A stretch of DNA of 64,000 bases from Bdellovibrionales bacterium (lineage in GTDB: Bacteria; Patescibacteriota; JACMRA01): positions 4,525-68,524 of the forward strand of contig JBILXY010000005.1 of the NCBI GenBank assembly GCA_044378055.1. Reading direction: 5' to 3'. The position numbers and the translations under genes were made by a program. The first letter of the stretch is position 1; the number at the start of each line of letters is the position of its first letter. The notes under the pieces were generated by a model. It did no database searches and was not told the DNA's origin. It was given only the letters and a program-made list of their open reading frames with translations. Below are positions 24,821-34,568 of this stretch, piece after piece.

Positions 24821-26533
24821 TTACCAACTTCCGCCTCCGCCTGAAAAACCTCCGCCTCCACCCCCTCCGCTTGAACTGTCGCTTGGTGGAGTATAAAATG
24901 CTGCAACTGCGTAACCTGCATAAAAAGAATTAACTGATGAAACTTCGCTTGAATCTGGAATTAGTTTTCCAAAATACTTTTGATACTTAGGTAAAATTCC
25001 GAAACTGGCAGCAAATGGTACACTGACAAGATATTTCTGAATTCCATCTTTAGGATTATTGCTGAAATCCAGCTTTAATATTTCTACATGCTCTAAATAA
25101 TATTTGTACCTTGTGCAATATCCTGTAATTTCCAAACCTAAATTGTTCAATCTGGCCCATTTGGCAAAAATAAAGTAAACACCTGGAAGACTAAAGAAAA
25201 AAGCCCAAAGTAATAAAGTTGACCAACTATTCCCCAATAAAATTGCAGACTGCAAAACAGAAAATACTATCGCACCTAAAACAAATATTGCAAAACCATA
25301 CAGTAAAGTCCAGAGAATAGGAGAATTTAGTGGTTTTTTGTCGTAATACTGCGATAATGATAGTTTAATGCTATTCTGGGTTTCTTCCAAATGGGTAGCA
25401 GGGCTAATTTTAGTAGAAAGAATGCCTTCATTTACACCTAATTTAGCCACAGCTTCAATAGTTTCGTTATAAATGGACGGGAGATGATTATTGGTTGGCA
25501 AGTCTTTGTGAAGGCTTATGGTAATATCTTTAGAACCTTCCTTAATTGGTTCAATTTTTAATATTTTCTTATGATTAAGCCACAAAATATAGCTTAGCAG
25601 AATATTTTTAACATCAAATTGTCCATCACCCACAAGATAACTTGCCTGCCAAGGTAACAACTTTGGCTCTTCAAATTCAGGTCTATCCAATTTCTGTTTC
25701 CCCCATTCATCTCTAGCTATATAATACCAGATTAAATATAAAGCATAATTAACTAAAATTAACAGAAGTAAATATGGCCAAGTACTTAGGAAAATACTAA
25801 TAAACAAAGAAGAGGCTGGCTTATCATTGTTAAGTTTTACTTGAAGTGGATTTTTATCACAATTTTTATATTCTCTTAAATCTTGTTCTGTAATTACATT
25901 CTGGGAATCTGGGTAAAGTTGGTTTAAAAATTCTGCATCAGGATTTGGTGTAACTTTGGCTTGCCCGTCTATTCCACAAAACATATTTCCATTATATTTT
26001 AAAGAAAGCTGTCTAATTGTTTCAGTCCAATCATTCAAAAAAATAAAATTATAGGCTACATCTGGGTTGTAATCTGCTTCAATTTCTAAACCGTAAGAGT
26101 AAAAACCTGGGTCGATGAACACATTTTTATCTCCTATCCTAATTCTGAATTCGCTCCATTCGTTTATTAATTCATATTTTTCACTGCTCCAATCTAAAGT
26201 TTCAGCACATTTTAAATCACATTTTTCGTTAGATTTGGCTTTTATAACATTTTTTACTGAATATTCCGTCCACACACCATCTTGATTTTTAGGTAAGGCC
26301 AGAAAAACCCCTCGGCTTGGTTTGTTAAACTTTTCGGTAATAAAATACTTTATTGTAATTTTCTTATTGGAAGTGTTTGTAGATGAAACTATTGAAATGT
26401 TAGCTGTTTCATTGGATATTTCATCAGCTTTTACAGGCAAAGATGGCAGACAAACTAATATACCCAGCAGCCCAAGAAAAGCAATTTTGTTTTTTAAATA
26501 GATAGGTATCATAATAAGTTGTACCGTAGCCAT
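24821..26533 (-). CDS. DUF2207 domain membrane protein
   Basis: Signal peptide, large extracellular domain, TM cluster, and the characteristic C-terminal glycine tail SSSGGGGGGGFSGGGGSW. Confidence 0.7.
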   Translation of the reverse strand: MATVQLIMIPIYLKNKIAFLGLLGILVCLPSLPVKADEISNETANISIVSSTNTSNKKITIKYFITEKFNKPSRGVFLALPKNQDGVWTEYSVKNVIKAKSNEKCDLKCAETLDWSSEKYELINEWSEFRIRIGDKNVFIDPGFYSYGLEIEADYNPDVAYNFIFLNDWTETIRQLSLKYNGNMFCGIDGQAKVTPNPDAEFLNQLYPDSQNVITEQDLREYKNCDKNPLQVKLNNDKPASSLFISIFLSTWPYLLLLILVNYALYLIWYYIARDEWGKQKLDRPEFEEPKLLPWQASYLVGDGQFDVKNILLSYILWLNHKKILKIEPIKEGSKDITISLHKDLPTNNHLPSIYNETIEAVAKLGVNEGILSTKISPATHLEETQNSIKLSLSQYYDKKPLNSPILWTLLYGFAIFVLGAIVFSVLQSAILLGNSWSTLLLWAFFFSLPGVYFIFAKWARLNNLGLEITGYCTRYKYYLEHVEILKLDFSNNPKDGIQKYLVSVPFAASFGILPKYQKYFGKLIPDSSEVSSVNSFYAGYAVAAFYTPPSDSSSGGGGGGGFSGGGGSW

Positions 26534-26753
26534 TAACTAGTATTCAGTTTTGGTCAATCCTCGCGATTTGAAAGAATATTCACCAAGGCTGTGGATAACT
26601 TACTTATACAGAATAATTCTAATTCAAAATGCTTCTTGAATATTTCAAAAGCCTAGATATTTAACTAGTAAAAAGTATAAAATACCACTTAACAGTTTGT
26701 CTGAATTTACTTAGCTTTCTAAGCTATTTAGTTTTAAAAGAAGGTGATAATCT

Positions 26754-26782
26754 TTGACAAACCAGGTTAATTATCTTATTAT
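26754..26782 (+). promoter_or_regulatory. Sigma70-like promoter upstream of the M23 peptidase gene
   Basis: TTGACA, a 17-nt spacer, then TATTAT, about 68 nt upstream of the ATG at 26851. Confidence 0.5.
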
Positions 26783-26850
26783 AACAATATATACTTGATC
26801 TAAAAATTAAGTAGACTTTATGGACAAGGCCTAAAAAGCCTGAAAACAAT

Positions 26851-28347
26851 ATGAGTTACAACGATATAGAATCAATCAACCCCTACGGATACCAGCCTAA
26901 CTTTATTTTAGTAAATAAGCCATCCAAAGGATCCTTCTTCGGAGACATAGTACCTGTTTACAGAACTACTCAAGAACTTAGCAATGTAATTGTTACATCT
27001 TGGGAAGGTCTTTCCAGCTTTATCTTAAATAGTAGCAACTTTTTAGTTTGCGTACTAAGTTTTCTAAGTCAGGCCATTAATAATACTGCCTATCAAAGCT
27101 ATTTAATTATTAATTCTGCTTATCAACAGGTTTTAGAAATGCCAGAAATTCTTGGCGGTGTTAGCAGTAAATTACAGATTGCATTTGAAACTTTAGCCCA
27201 GGAAAGCACTCGTGAATTATGGTGGTTAGAAGTTAAACTTGATGTAAGAACACTAATTGATCAAGCAACTTCCAGTATTAACAGCATTTGGAAAGTTTTA
27301 CAAAAGTTTTACTTAGCTGCTTTAATTTTTCTATGTTTAGGATTTTTGAATTTAAGTACACCATTACTCGCTTCAAATAACTCTAATAGCTTTTTAACAA
27401 AATTTTTGAATAATAATAGCTATGTTTCACAATCTAGCTTGCTTGCTTCCAAAGATTTTCAAGTTACTACCAATTTAGCTACAACCAATAGCGCAGTAGT
27501 AATTTCTACAGTTTCAGTTTACACAGTAAAAGAAGGTGACACTTTAGATAAAATTGCAGAATCCTTTGGAATTAAAACACAAACTATTTGTTTCAACAAT
27601 TACGGAACTGCTGAAGCTTGCACAATGAAAGTAGGAGATAAATTATATATTCCTTGGGTTGATGGATACATTTATAACTTAACTAAAGATGTTTTAGCTA
27701 GCGATTTATCTAGCACTTATGGTTTAACAGTAGAAGAAATTGTTAGCTATAATAATTACAGCTATAACCCTGTAACCCTTAACTTCCCTAAAGATAGTTT
27801 AGTTTTAATCCCAGGAACCGATTTTGCTAAGATTTCCGAAGCCAACAAAAAAGAACAAGCCAGACTTGATGCAGCTACAAAGAGTGCAGAACAAGCAGCT
27901 AGAACTAAAAACCTTAGCAGCCAAGCTATTCCAAGAACAACTGCCTTACCAGATTTAAACTATATGAAAGGTGGTTTCATTTGGCCAACTGTAGGTTTCG
28001 TAAGTAGATGTGTTCAACCAGGCCACATTGCTTGTGATATTGCTAACCATTCTTCTCCTGCCATTGTTGCTTCCAAGGGAGGAACCGTTTCAGCAGTTTA
28101 TAGATATGATGTTGTAGGTTATGGTTTAGCTGTTGTTGTTGACCACGGTAGAGACGAAAATGGAAGATCTCAGAAAACACTTTACGCTCATATGTCTGAA
28201 ATTAGTGTGACTAAAGGACAGAAAGTAAATCAAGGTGATCAGTTAGGATTTATGGGTCAAACTGGATACGCTTCAGGAATTCACCTTCACTACGAATGTA
28301 TAATCGACGGTGTAAAACAAGATCCATTACAGGTTTGCTTACCATAG
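26851..28347 (+). CDS. LysM-domain M23 family metallopeptidase
   Basis: LysM (YTVKEGDTLDKIAESFG, LYIPW) and M23 motifs HIACDIA..., GFMGQTGYASGIHLHYE. Confidence 0.85.
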   Translation: MSYNDIESINPYGYQPNFILVNKPSKGSFFGDIVPVYRTTQELSNVIVTSWEGLSSFILNSSNFLVCVLSFLSQAINNTAYQSYLIINSAYQQVLEMPEILGGVSSKLQIAFETLAQESTRELWWLEVKLDVRTLIDQATSSINSIWKVLQKFYLAALIFLCLGFLNLSTPLLASNNSNSFLTKFLNNNSYVSQSSLLASKDFQVTTNLATTNSAVVISTVSVYTVKEGDTLDKIAESFGIKTQTICFNNYGTAEACTMKVGDKLYIPWVDGYIYNLTKDVLASDLSSTYGLTVEEIVSYNNYSYNPVTLNFPKDSLVLIPGTDFAKISEANKKEQARLDAATKSAEQAARTKNLSSQAIPRTTALPDLNYMKGGFIWPTVGFVSRCVQPGHIACDIANHSSPAIVASKGGTVSAVYRYDVVGYGLAVVVDHGRDENGRSQKTLYAHMSEISVTKGQKVNQGDQLGFMGQTGYASGIHLHYECIIDGVKQDPLQVCLP

Positions 28348-28364
28348 GACTGTATTTCTCATTA

Positions 28365-28394
28365 ATAAAAAATAGCCACCATTAATCGGTGGCT
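28365..28394 (-). terminator. Hairpin terminator between convergent genes
   Basis: AGCCACC-ATTAATC-GGTGGCT. On the minus strand it is followed by ATTTTTTATT. Confidence 0.55.
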
Positions 28395-28671
28395 AAATAA
28401 ATACTAGGAAAAGCTGATTATTAGTTTTATCATTAGTATAAATACCTAAATCATTGAATATATGAATTAGTGTACTTTTAAAATATTCACAGTCAATACC
28501 GACTGGAATACATACAATTATCTGATATAAACAACCATATCTTATATCAAGTCGGTAATCAAACAGATTCCAGTAAGTTCTTTTAATGAAGCTGATTAGT
28601 TCTATATCAGGCTTAGAATCTAGGGAAAATATAATACAATCATTTTCTGTCCGAACGCTTAAAATCACCAT
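28393..28671 (-). CDS. Hypothetical protein (92 aa)
   Basis: ORF only. Confidence 0.3.
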   Translation of the reverse strand: MVILSVRTENDCIIFSLDSKPDIELISFIKRTYWNLFDYRLDIRYGCLYQIIVCIPVGIDCEYFKSTLIHIFNDLGIYTNDKTNNQLFLVFI

Positions 28672-28732
28672 TTTGTAATCTAAATAGAGTCTGTTTTAAA
28701 TTTAAATTGTTTAGTCTCATTCGTCAAAAAAA

Positions 28733-30778
28733 CTATTCCCAGATTATTTCTTTTTCTGATATTCCTCCAATTCTTGAAGGGGTTAAGAAAAGCTTGAATC
28801 CGTGGTATTCTTCCTTATTGTTCCATTCTTTAAGGTTGAGAGAATGATTGTGATTTGTTCTAACCGACAAAGCTGGATTATTAACTTGAAGTCCAATTTT
28901 AAAAGCATTAAATGCCAACAAATTATCCACCGATTTTCTTCCCAAATAAAATTCTTTCTGGATCAATTCCCAGTCTTGCAAACTTGCTACCCATGTATCT
29001 TGGCTGGTGGAATATAATTGTAATAACTTATTTAATCTTCCTTCATCGTAAAGAGCATCATCCTGGTATCGTGTAATAGCCCAAAATTCACTTTTTCCTA
29101 AATTTTCATGTACTAGACTATTGAAATTGTCTGAAAAGCTAATATCGCTGTTGCTTAAACAAATGGCGGACACTTCATCCACTAAAGTTTTTATATGGTT
29201 GAACGACTGCTGAATAGTATATTGTGCTTTGGTGTTTACAAATTCGACGCTAGAAAGGTACTTCTTTACTTCATTTTGGTTAGATAAATATGTGTTTAAA
29301 TTGTCCAGCTCGACACTATCTTCAGAGAAAATATAAATTTTATTGAATATATTTGCTTTTAGATTCTTTTGGATTGAGGAATAAACTTCACCTTGCCTTT
29401 CTTTCGAATTAAATTTCCCAAAACTTGTTATCCAAACTAAATTATTTTCCAGGTTTCGATCTTGGTTTAATTTTTTTTCTGAGTTTATATTTAATTTACG
29501 GATATAAAGGGCCAAGATGACCAACAAAATTGGAATTATTCCTATTTCTAAAACCAAATTAAAAGGACCAAAATGGGCTGGTTGATAGGCCCAATTATCT
29601 AGTATAAAATTCTTTTGCAGAAAAAATGCAGAACCTCCTAAACCTATACCAAAAAGTAGTGGAGAATATGACAAATTTGAAAATAAATTAATCCACAATG
29701 AAAATTCTTCAACTCTAACCAGGTCAGATTTACCTCTACCAAGCCAAAGAACTGTAAGTGTACCGATTGAAATGACCACAAAGATAATTATCGCGGTGAC
29801 ATTTTTTGATGGAACTTTTCTCCAATTTTTAATATTCTTCCAGACAAAATTTATAATTAAATAAATTTCCAGTAAAGCAATTCCAAGCCTGCTAAAGCTT
29901 AGTATTACAATTATAAAACTGATGTATATTAAATATTTTAGAAGTTTATTCTTATTAAAGATTGAGGTAAGGGATAGGCAAAATATGCCCAACATGGATA
30001 GATTATTTGGATGTGGCAACAAGCCGTAACCGCGTAAAAAGGTATGGTCGAAACTAAAAATGTTGAGGTTTTGTCTGGCCAGTTCTAACAATTGGAAATT
30101 TTCACCAAGCAGGTTAAGACCTAGAAAACTTGAAGTTGCAACTTGGTAAACAGAGATTAATAAATTTAAAACCATGTAACCGATTAAGCCATAAAATACA
30201 AAATTCAAAGGTTTAGTAGATTTCAACCACATCCAATAAACCAAACAAAAAAGTATTGGAATTGGAAGTAAAAAATTTAAATAATCTAGTAAAAAATAGA
30301 GAATCAAGCACAATCCAAAAAAAACTTTGTTGTACTTTGAAACATTTTCAGATGATAAAATTTGATTTGCCAGGTAAACCCAACAAGATAATGCACAAAA
30401 CACCCAGAAAAAGTTAAAATAAGCTGCAAAATTAGATGAAGAAACTATAATTGATGTTAACGAGGATAAAAGAAGAAATATTTTTAAAGAAACTTCATAA
30501 ACATTGGCACGAATTAAAATAACAAAAGCAAATAATATTACCAAAATATGAGGAAAAGATATATTTATGCTGGTAAAATAGCTTGTGTAGGGAATTGAAA
30601 ATATTTTGTTTAAATTAAAAGTAAAACCAAGGAAAAGGCTTACTAAACCCAACATAACCAACAAATAATTAAGCCGAGTTGAATAGCCCCAATTCATAAA
30701 ATTCAAAGTATATTTCACTTTAATATGCTTAGAAATTATACAAATAAGGGCAAGAAAAAAATTTACATTGACAGGCAA
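28733..30778 (-). CDS. O-antigen ligase/polymerase-like polytopic membrane protein with a ~230-aa soluble C-terminal domain
   Basis: At least 10 TM helices with a Wzy_C-like loop (ILSFSRLGIALLE). The start is ambiguous (alternative ATG at 30697). Confidence 0.5.
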   Translation of the reverse strand: MPVNVNFFLALICIISKHIKVKYTLNFMNWGYSTRLNYLLVMLGLVSLFLGFTFNLNKIFSIPYTSYFTSINISFPHILVILFAFVILIRANVYEVSLKIFLLLSSLTSIIVSSSNFAAYFNFFWVFCALSCWVYLANQILSSENVSKYNKVFFGLCLILYFLLDYLNFLLPIPILFCLVYWMWLKSTKPLNFVFYGLIGYMVLNLLISVYQVATSSFLGLNLLGENFQLLELARQNLNIFSFDHTFLRGYGLLPHPNNLSMLGIFCLSLTSIFNKNKLLKYLIYISFIIVILSFSRLGIALLEIYLIINFVWKNIKNWRKVPSKNVTAIIIFVVISIGTLTVLWLGRGKSDLVRVEEFSLWINLFSNLSYSPLLFGIGLGGSAFFLQKNFILDNWAYQPAHFGPFNLVLEIGIIPILLVILALYIRKLNINSEKKLNQDRNLENNLVWITSFGKFNSKERQGEVYSSIQKNLKANIFNKIYIFSEDSVELDNLNTYLSNQNEVKKYLSSVEFVNTKAQYTIQQSFNHIKTLVDEVSAICLSNSDISFSDNFNSLVHENLGKSEFWAITRYQDDALYDEGRLNKLLQLYSTSQDTWVASLQDWELIQKEFYLGRKSVDNLLAFNAFKIGLQVNNPALSVRTNHNHSLNLKEWNNKEEYHGFKLFLTPSRIGGISEKEIIWE

Positions 30779-30804
30779 GAAAAAAATAACAAAATTCTGC
30801 TATT

Positions 30805-31704
30805 GTGGCATTAGGTAAAAGTTTAGGAAACATTCTTGGCGACTATTTCGGTCAAGAAAGCGTAACTCTTGGAAATCAGGAGTCTAATTTTGGTAAAGAT
30901 ACCCTTGTAACTTTGCTTCCTATAAATTCTATAAACCCTAGTCCGTTTCAAACCAGATCGATTTTTGAAGATAATAAAATTAACAAATTAGCTGCAAGCA
31001 TTAAGGAAAGTGGCTTGATTCATCCAATTTTGGTTTTGAAAAGAGACAAAGATAGCATAGACGAAAGTGCAGATGGTTTTGAATATACACTTTTGGCTGG
31101 GGAAAGAAGACTTCGAGCTTGCAAAAGTTTGGGTTTTACAGAAATTTTGTGCATTATTAAACCTTTTGATTCACTTTCAGGTAAGCAGCAAGCCATGTTG
31201 GCAGCAGTAGAGAATTTGCAAAGGGAAGATTTAAGCCCTATCGAACTTGCCGGAACTTTTTTGATGTTAATGCAAACCCAGAATTTTGATGAGCAGGAAT
31301 TAGCCGACAATCTTGGTCATTCTTTGCAGTATGTAAAAAACTATATAAGATTGTTAACTTTAGATCAAACCGTTCAACAAGCCTTATTGGAAAGAAAAAT
31401 TGGTGAAGGTCAGGCAAGATTTTTAGTTGGATTAGAACCTAATTTACAAATAAAACTTTTACAAAGAATTATCGCCGAAGAATTAACAGTGAAGGAAATT
31501 TCGGCTATTACTTCGCAATTAAAATCTGCAGTAGCAGTTAAACCAGTTTTAACACCTAAATTAAAGACAGTAACTAAATTTAGCCCTGATATTATTGTTA
31601 AAGCCCAAAAGCTTGCAGAAATATTCCCTAACGCAGTTTTAAAGTGCACAGGAAGCGAAGAAGAAGGCAAAATTGTAATTTCCTGGAAAAAAGAAGCCAA
31701 GTAG
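30805..31704 (+). CDS. parB: ParB/Spo0J-family partition protein
   Basis: GTG start. LGKSLGNILG, INPSPFQTR, HPILV and LLAGERRLRACKSLG motifs, plus an HTH region. Confidence 0.85.
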   Translation: MALGKSLGNILGDYFGQESVTLGNQESNFGKDTLVTLLPINSINPSPFQTRSIFEDNKINKLAASIKESGLIHPILVLKRDKDSIDESADGFEYTLLAGERRLRACKSLGFTEILCIIKPFDSLSGKQQAMLAAVENLQREDLSPIELAGTFLMLMQTQNFDEQELADNLGHSLQYVKNYIRLLTLDQTVQQALLERKIGEGQARFLVGLEPNLQIKLLQRIIAEELTVKEISAITSQLKSAVAVKPVLTPKLKTVTKFSPDIIVKAQKLAEIFPNAVLKCTGSEEEGKIVISWKKEAK

Positions 31705-31782
31705 GGGAACACTAGCGGTTCCTAAAATTCTCAACAAACCACATTATTCGCCCCCAAGCTAAACTATAAGAGAGGGAATTTT

Positions 31783-34503
31783 TTACGACCTTATTCTTGT
31801 CCAAAGTTTATTGTCTGTTCCGCGGACGAATTGGTATTGTTTTCCGTTGAAAGTTACTTGGGTTGGTGAATTCAATACTGTAATGAAGTTTCCTTGTATC
31901 CAAGTGCCGTAATCATTTCTATGGTACAATCTGTTGTCTATACCTGCCCCAGCTTCAACTACTAAACCGTTGAATGCAGAAAAATTAGATGACTCAATAC
32001 TGTTTAAGGATTCACTAAATGAATTAAGTGAAAGATTAGTAAAATCATCTACAATATAATTGGTTTTAAATTTGGCATCTCTTGCCCCGAACCACATTTT
32101 ATTATTTACCACAACTGGCTTAGACATGTCTGAATATGTAAATCTGTCGTATCTGACCCAAGTATTAAACACCTCCGGGGTACCCATCGACCTGAAGTAA
32201 ATTGCGTTGTCCGTTCCCAAAGCTATTTGGAATAAGGTTGAATCAACAACTCCACCTACTGCAGTTTTTGTGGTTGTTAAGCCACCAATAGTACTCCAAA
32301 CTGGTGTTGTGTAAGCAGTCTGATTGAAAGATATATATTTTGCGGTATAGAGAACATTGTCTGTTCCTGTGGCAAACAACCAATATTTTGAATTAAAATT
32401 GTGCAAAGAAGGTAAATCTTTAATGGTAATTGTTCCAACCCTTCTCCATCTCTCACCTCCTGCTTCGCCAACTTTCCAAAAATATAATCCGTTATCTGTG
32501 CCTCTGGCAAAAACATATAATTCACCTGCTGGATCGATGCTTAAAACTGGTGTTCCAAGCGCGGTTATGGAAGATAATCTACTCCAATTGTTAAATACTC
32601 CATTGGAATCTGCACTTCTTAAATATAGCCCTCTATCTGTTCCTACTGCTGCTTGGTAAAGTCTGTTATTGTAAATAATTTCCTCGGTTTTACCTGCTAA
32701 TGTAATAGCATTTGGTGACCATGCTGAAAATGGTTGCAAAATATTATAGGTATTGATATTTGAATAAGCCCCGCCGTTTGTGTTGAACTCGAACTGAGTT
32801 GGTGAACTGACAGAATTTATTGGAGCAATAAGTGCATTACATCCCATACTTTCTGTAACACCAGTAACAATTATACAAGGATTATTATTTATACTGCTTC
32901 CAATTTTAATTGTATGAGTAGGTAAATTAAACGATAGACCTTTTCTTAGAGAATACAAACAATAAAGAACATTCTGCTCGGCTGTGTTAGTAACCTGTTG
33001 ATTACAATAATTTAATGTTAAGTTTTGACTAGTTACTGTAACTGCAGAGTAAGGTGTGGAACAATCAATTCTAAACAAATCATTAGTAGAGTAACTTAAA
33101 GCAATAATCAGCTGATTCGAACTATTGTTTACCATCATTACATTGTTATAGAACAAAGGCGCCATCTCTGCTTGTGCCCCATTGGATATGTTAACTCTGG
33201 AAAAAGATCCATCAAACTGTATGTAAGCAAATGTATTAGTAGAATCTGTTAAAACTTTAGCCTCGTCCAAGGTATTTAGGCTGGTTGAATAGTTTACTGA
33301 AAATGTTGGAGTGCTTGAAACTGGGAAAGTATCAGTATCTAAAATTCTTTTTACTCTTAAGTAATTAGAGTTATCCATATATGAAACCATTACACCTCCA
33401 CCCACCACAGAAGTTGGCATAGTAATTAATTCTTCAGATAATCTGTTTGGTTCAACTTGCGAACTTGGGCTGTATTCAAATCTTCCTTTTTCTGTGCCAT
33501 TAGTATTTAATACTAAAATGGATAAACTTATATTGGTAGAACTTGTCTGATTATTTGGGATAGTGGCCACAAAAATTAAACCAGCTGTAGAAACATTCAA
33601 TCTTAATTTATATTCGCTTTGTAGATTAAAAGAAGTTATACTTGGAAGAGTGAAAGTGCTTAGCAAAGTACCAGTGCTTGAGATTTTATCTATCTGTGTT
33701 CCAAGGGTAATACTATTAATTAAATTTGATACTATATCATAAATAATGTATAAATTTCCAGCTGAATCAATTTGCAAGGAATTAGGTGAAACATATTTAC
33801 TCGAACCGTTTATTGTATAAATTTTATTGTAATTAGTTGTTCCGTTAGGAATTCTGTAAACATGGTAATTTCCAACCAAACTTTCATAGGTAATTTGATA
33901 AGCATCACCTGCTGCATTAGCTACAACCCTACCAGTCAATAATTCAGCTGGAACATTAATACTGGATTTTACACCAACATTATTGAATTTATCTACAACT
34001 GACACATTATTTAAATAATCGTATCCTGCACTATATACATTTCCTTGCCCATCTGCTGCCAAAGCACTAATGGTTGCTGAAGTAGATGAGTTTATATAAT
34101 TAGCCGAACAAGCATAATTTGGTATACTTTCTTGCAATTTCACATTAGCAAGTTTAACTTGGCTGCTTTTTTCCTCAGACTGCCTTTTATTATTAGAGCT
34201 CAATGTTTCTCTCCACTCTGGCGAAAGGTTAACTGAATCATTAAGTCTGCTTGGTTTTACAGAAGAAAAATTAACTTCAGAAGTATCTGAAAGATTATTA
34301 TTTGGATTTTCAGAATCAACACAGATTCCAGCTGAATTTAAAGTTAATCCTGCTTCACATGTTTGATTAGCAGAGGCTTTGTTGTTGCTTGAAATATAGC
34401 CAATAAAGGCAATGGAAATAGTTGAGGCTATAATTACTAAACTAAGCCCGATTAATGAATATTTTAAAGTTTTTTTATTCAAATTAATTTTTTGTTTTTG
34501 CAT
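31783..34503 (-). CDS. Large membrane-anchored extracellular protein with a C-terminal beta-propeller-like repeat (GTDNxLY blades)
   Basis: N-terminal signal anchor. Six repeats: VGTDRGLYLR, RGTDNGLYFW, TGTDNVLYTA, LGTDNAIYFR, AGIDNRLYHR, RGTDNKLWTR, each followed by a W-containing segment (PLL/DUF346-like). Confidence 0.6.
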   Translation of the reverse strand: MQKQKINLNKKTLKYSLIGLSLVIIASTISIAFIGYISSNNKASANQTCEAGLTLNSAGICVDSENPNNNLSDTSEVNFSSVKPSRLNDSVNLSPEWRETLSSNNKRQSEEKSSQVKLANVKLQESIPNYACSANYINSSTSATISALAADGQGNVYSAGYDYLNNVSVVDKFNNVGVKSSINVPAELLTGRVVANAAGDAYQITYESLVGNYHVYRIPNGTTNYNKIYTINGSSKYVSPNSLQIDSAGNLYIIYDIVSNLINSITLGTQIDKISSTGTLLSTFTLPSITSFNLQSEYKLRLNVSTAGLIFVATIPNNQTSSTNISLSILVLNTNGTEKGRFEYSPSSQVEPNRLSEELITMPTSVVGGGVMVSYMDNSNYLRVKRILDTDTFPVSSTPTFSVNYSTSLNTLDEAKVLTDSTNTFAYIQFDGSFSRVNISNGAQAEMAPLFYNNVMMVNNSSNQLIIALSYSTNDLFRIDCSTPYSAVTVTSQNLTLNYCNQQVTNTAEQNVLYCLYSLRKGLSFNLPTHTIKIGSSINNNPCIIVTGVTESMGCNALIAPINSVSSPTQFEFNTNGGAYSNINTYNILQPFSAWSPNAITLAGKTEEIIYNNRLYQAAVGTDRGLYLRSADSNGVFNNWSRLSSITALGTPVLSIDPAGELYVFARGTDNGLYFWKVGEAGGERWRRVGTITIKDLPSLHNFNSKYWLFATGTDNVLYTAKYISFNQTAYTTPVWSTIGGLTTTKTAVGGVVDSTLFQIALGTDNAIYFRSMGTPEVFNTWVRYDRFTYSDMSKPVVVNNKMWFGARDAKFKTNYIVDDFTNLSLNSFSESLNSIESSNFSAFNGLVVEAGAGIDNRLYHRNDYGTWIQGNFITVLNSPTQVTFNGKQYQFVRGTDNKLWTRIRS

Positions 34504-34568
34504 ATTTATTTTTTACAAAAATATTATACAGTAAGAACCTGTTTTAGCCAATTTATGAAGAATAAGGA

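Noticed and set aside
26590-26598. Perfect DnaA-box 9-mer (TGTGGATAA, the complement of TTATCCACA) in the 26534-26850 divergent intergenic region, raising a possible oriC
   Set aside because: Only one copy was found, and by rough estimate a single 9-mer match on either strand of 64 kb is not surprising by chance. There is no cluster of boxes, no AT-rich unwinding repeats and no adjacent dnaA or dnaN.
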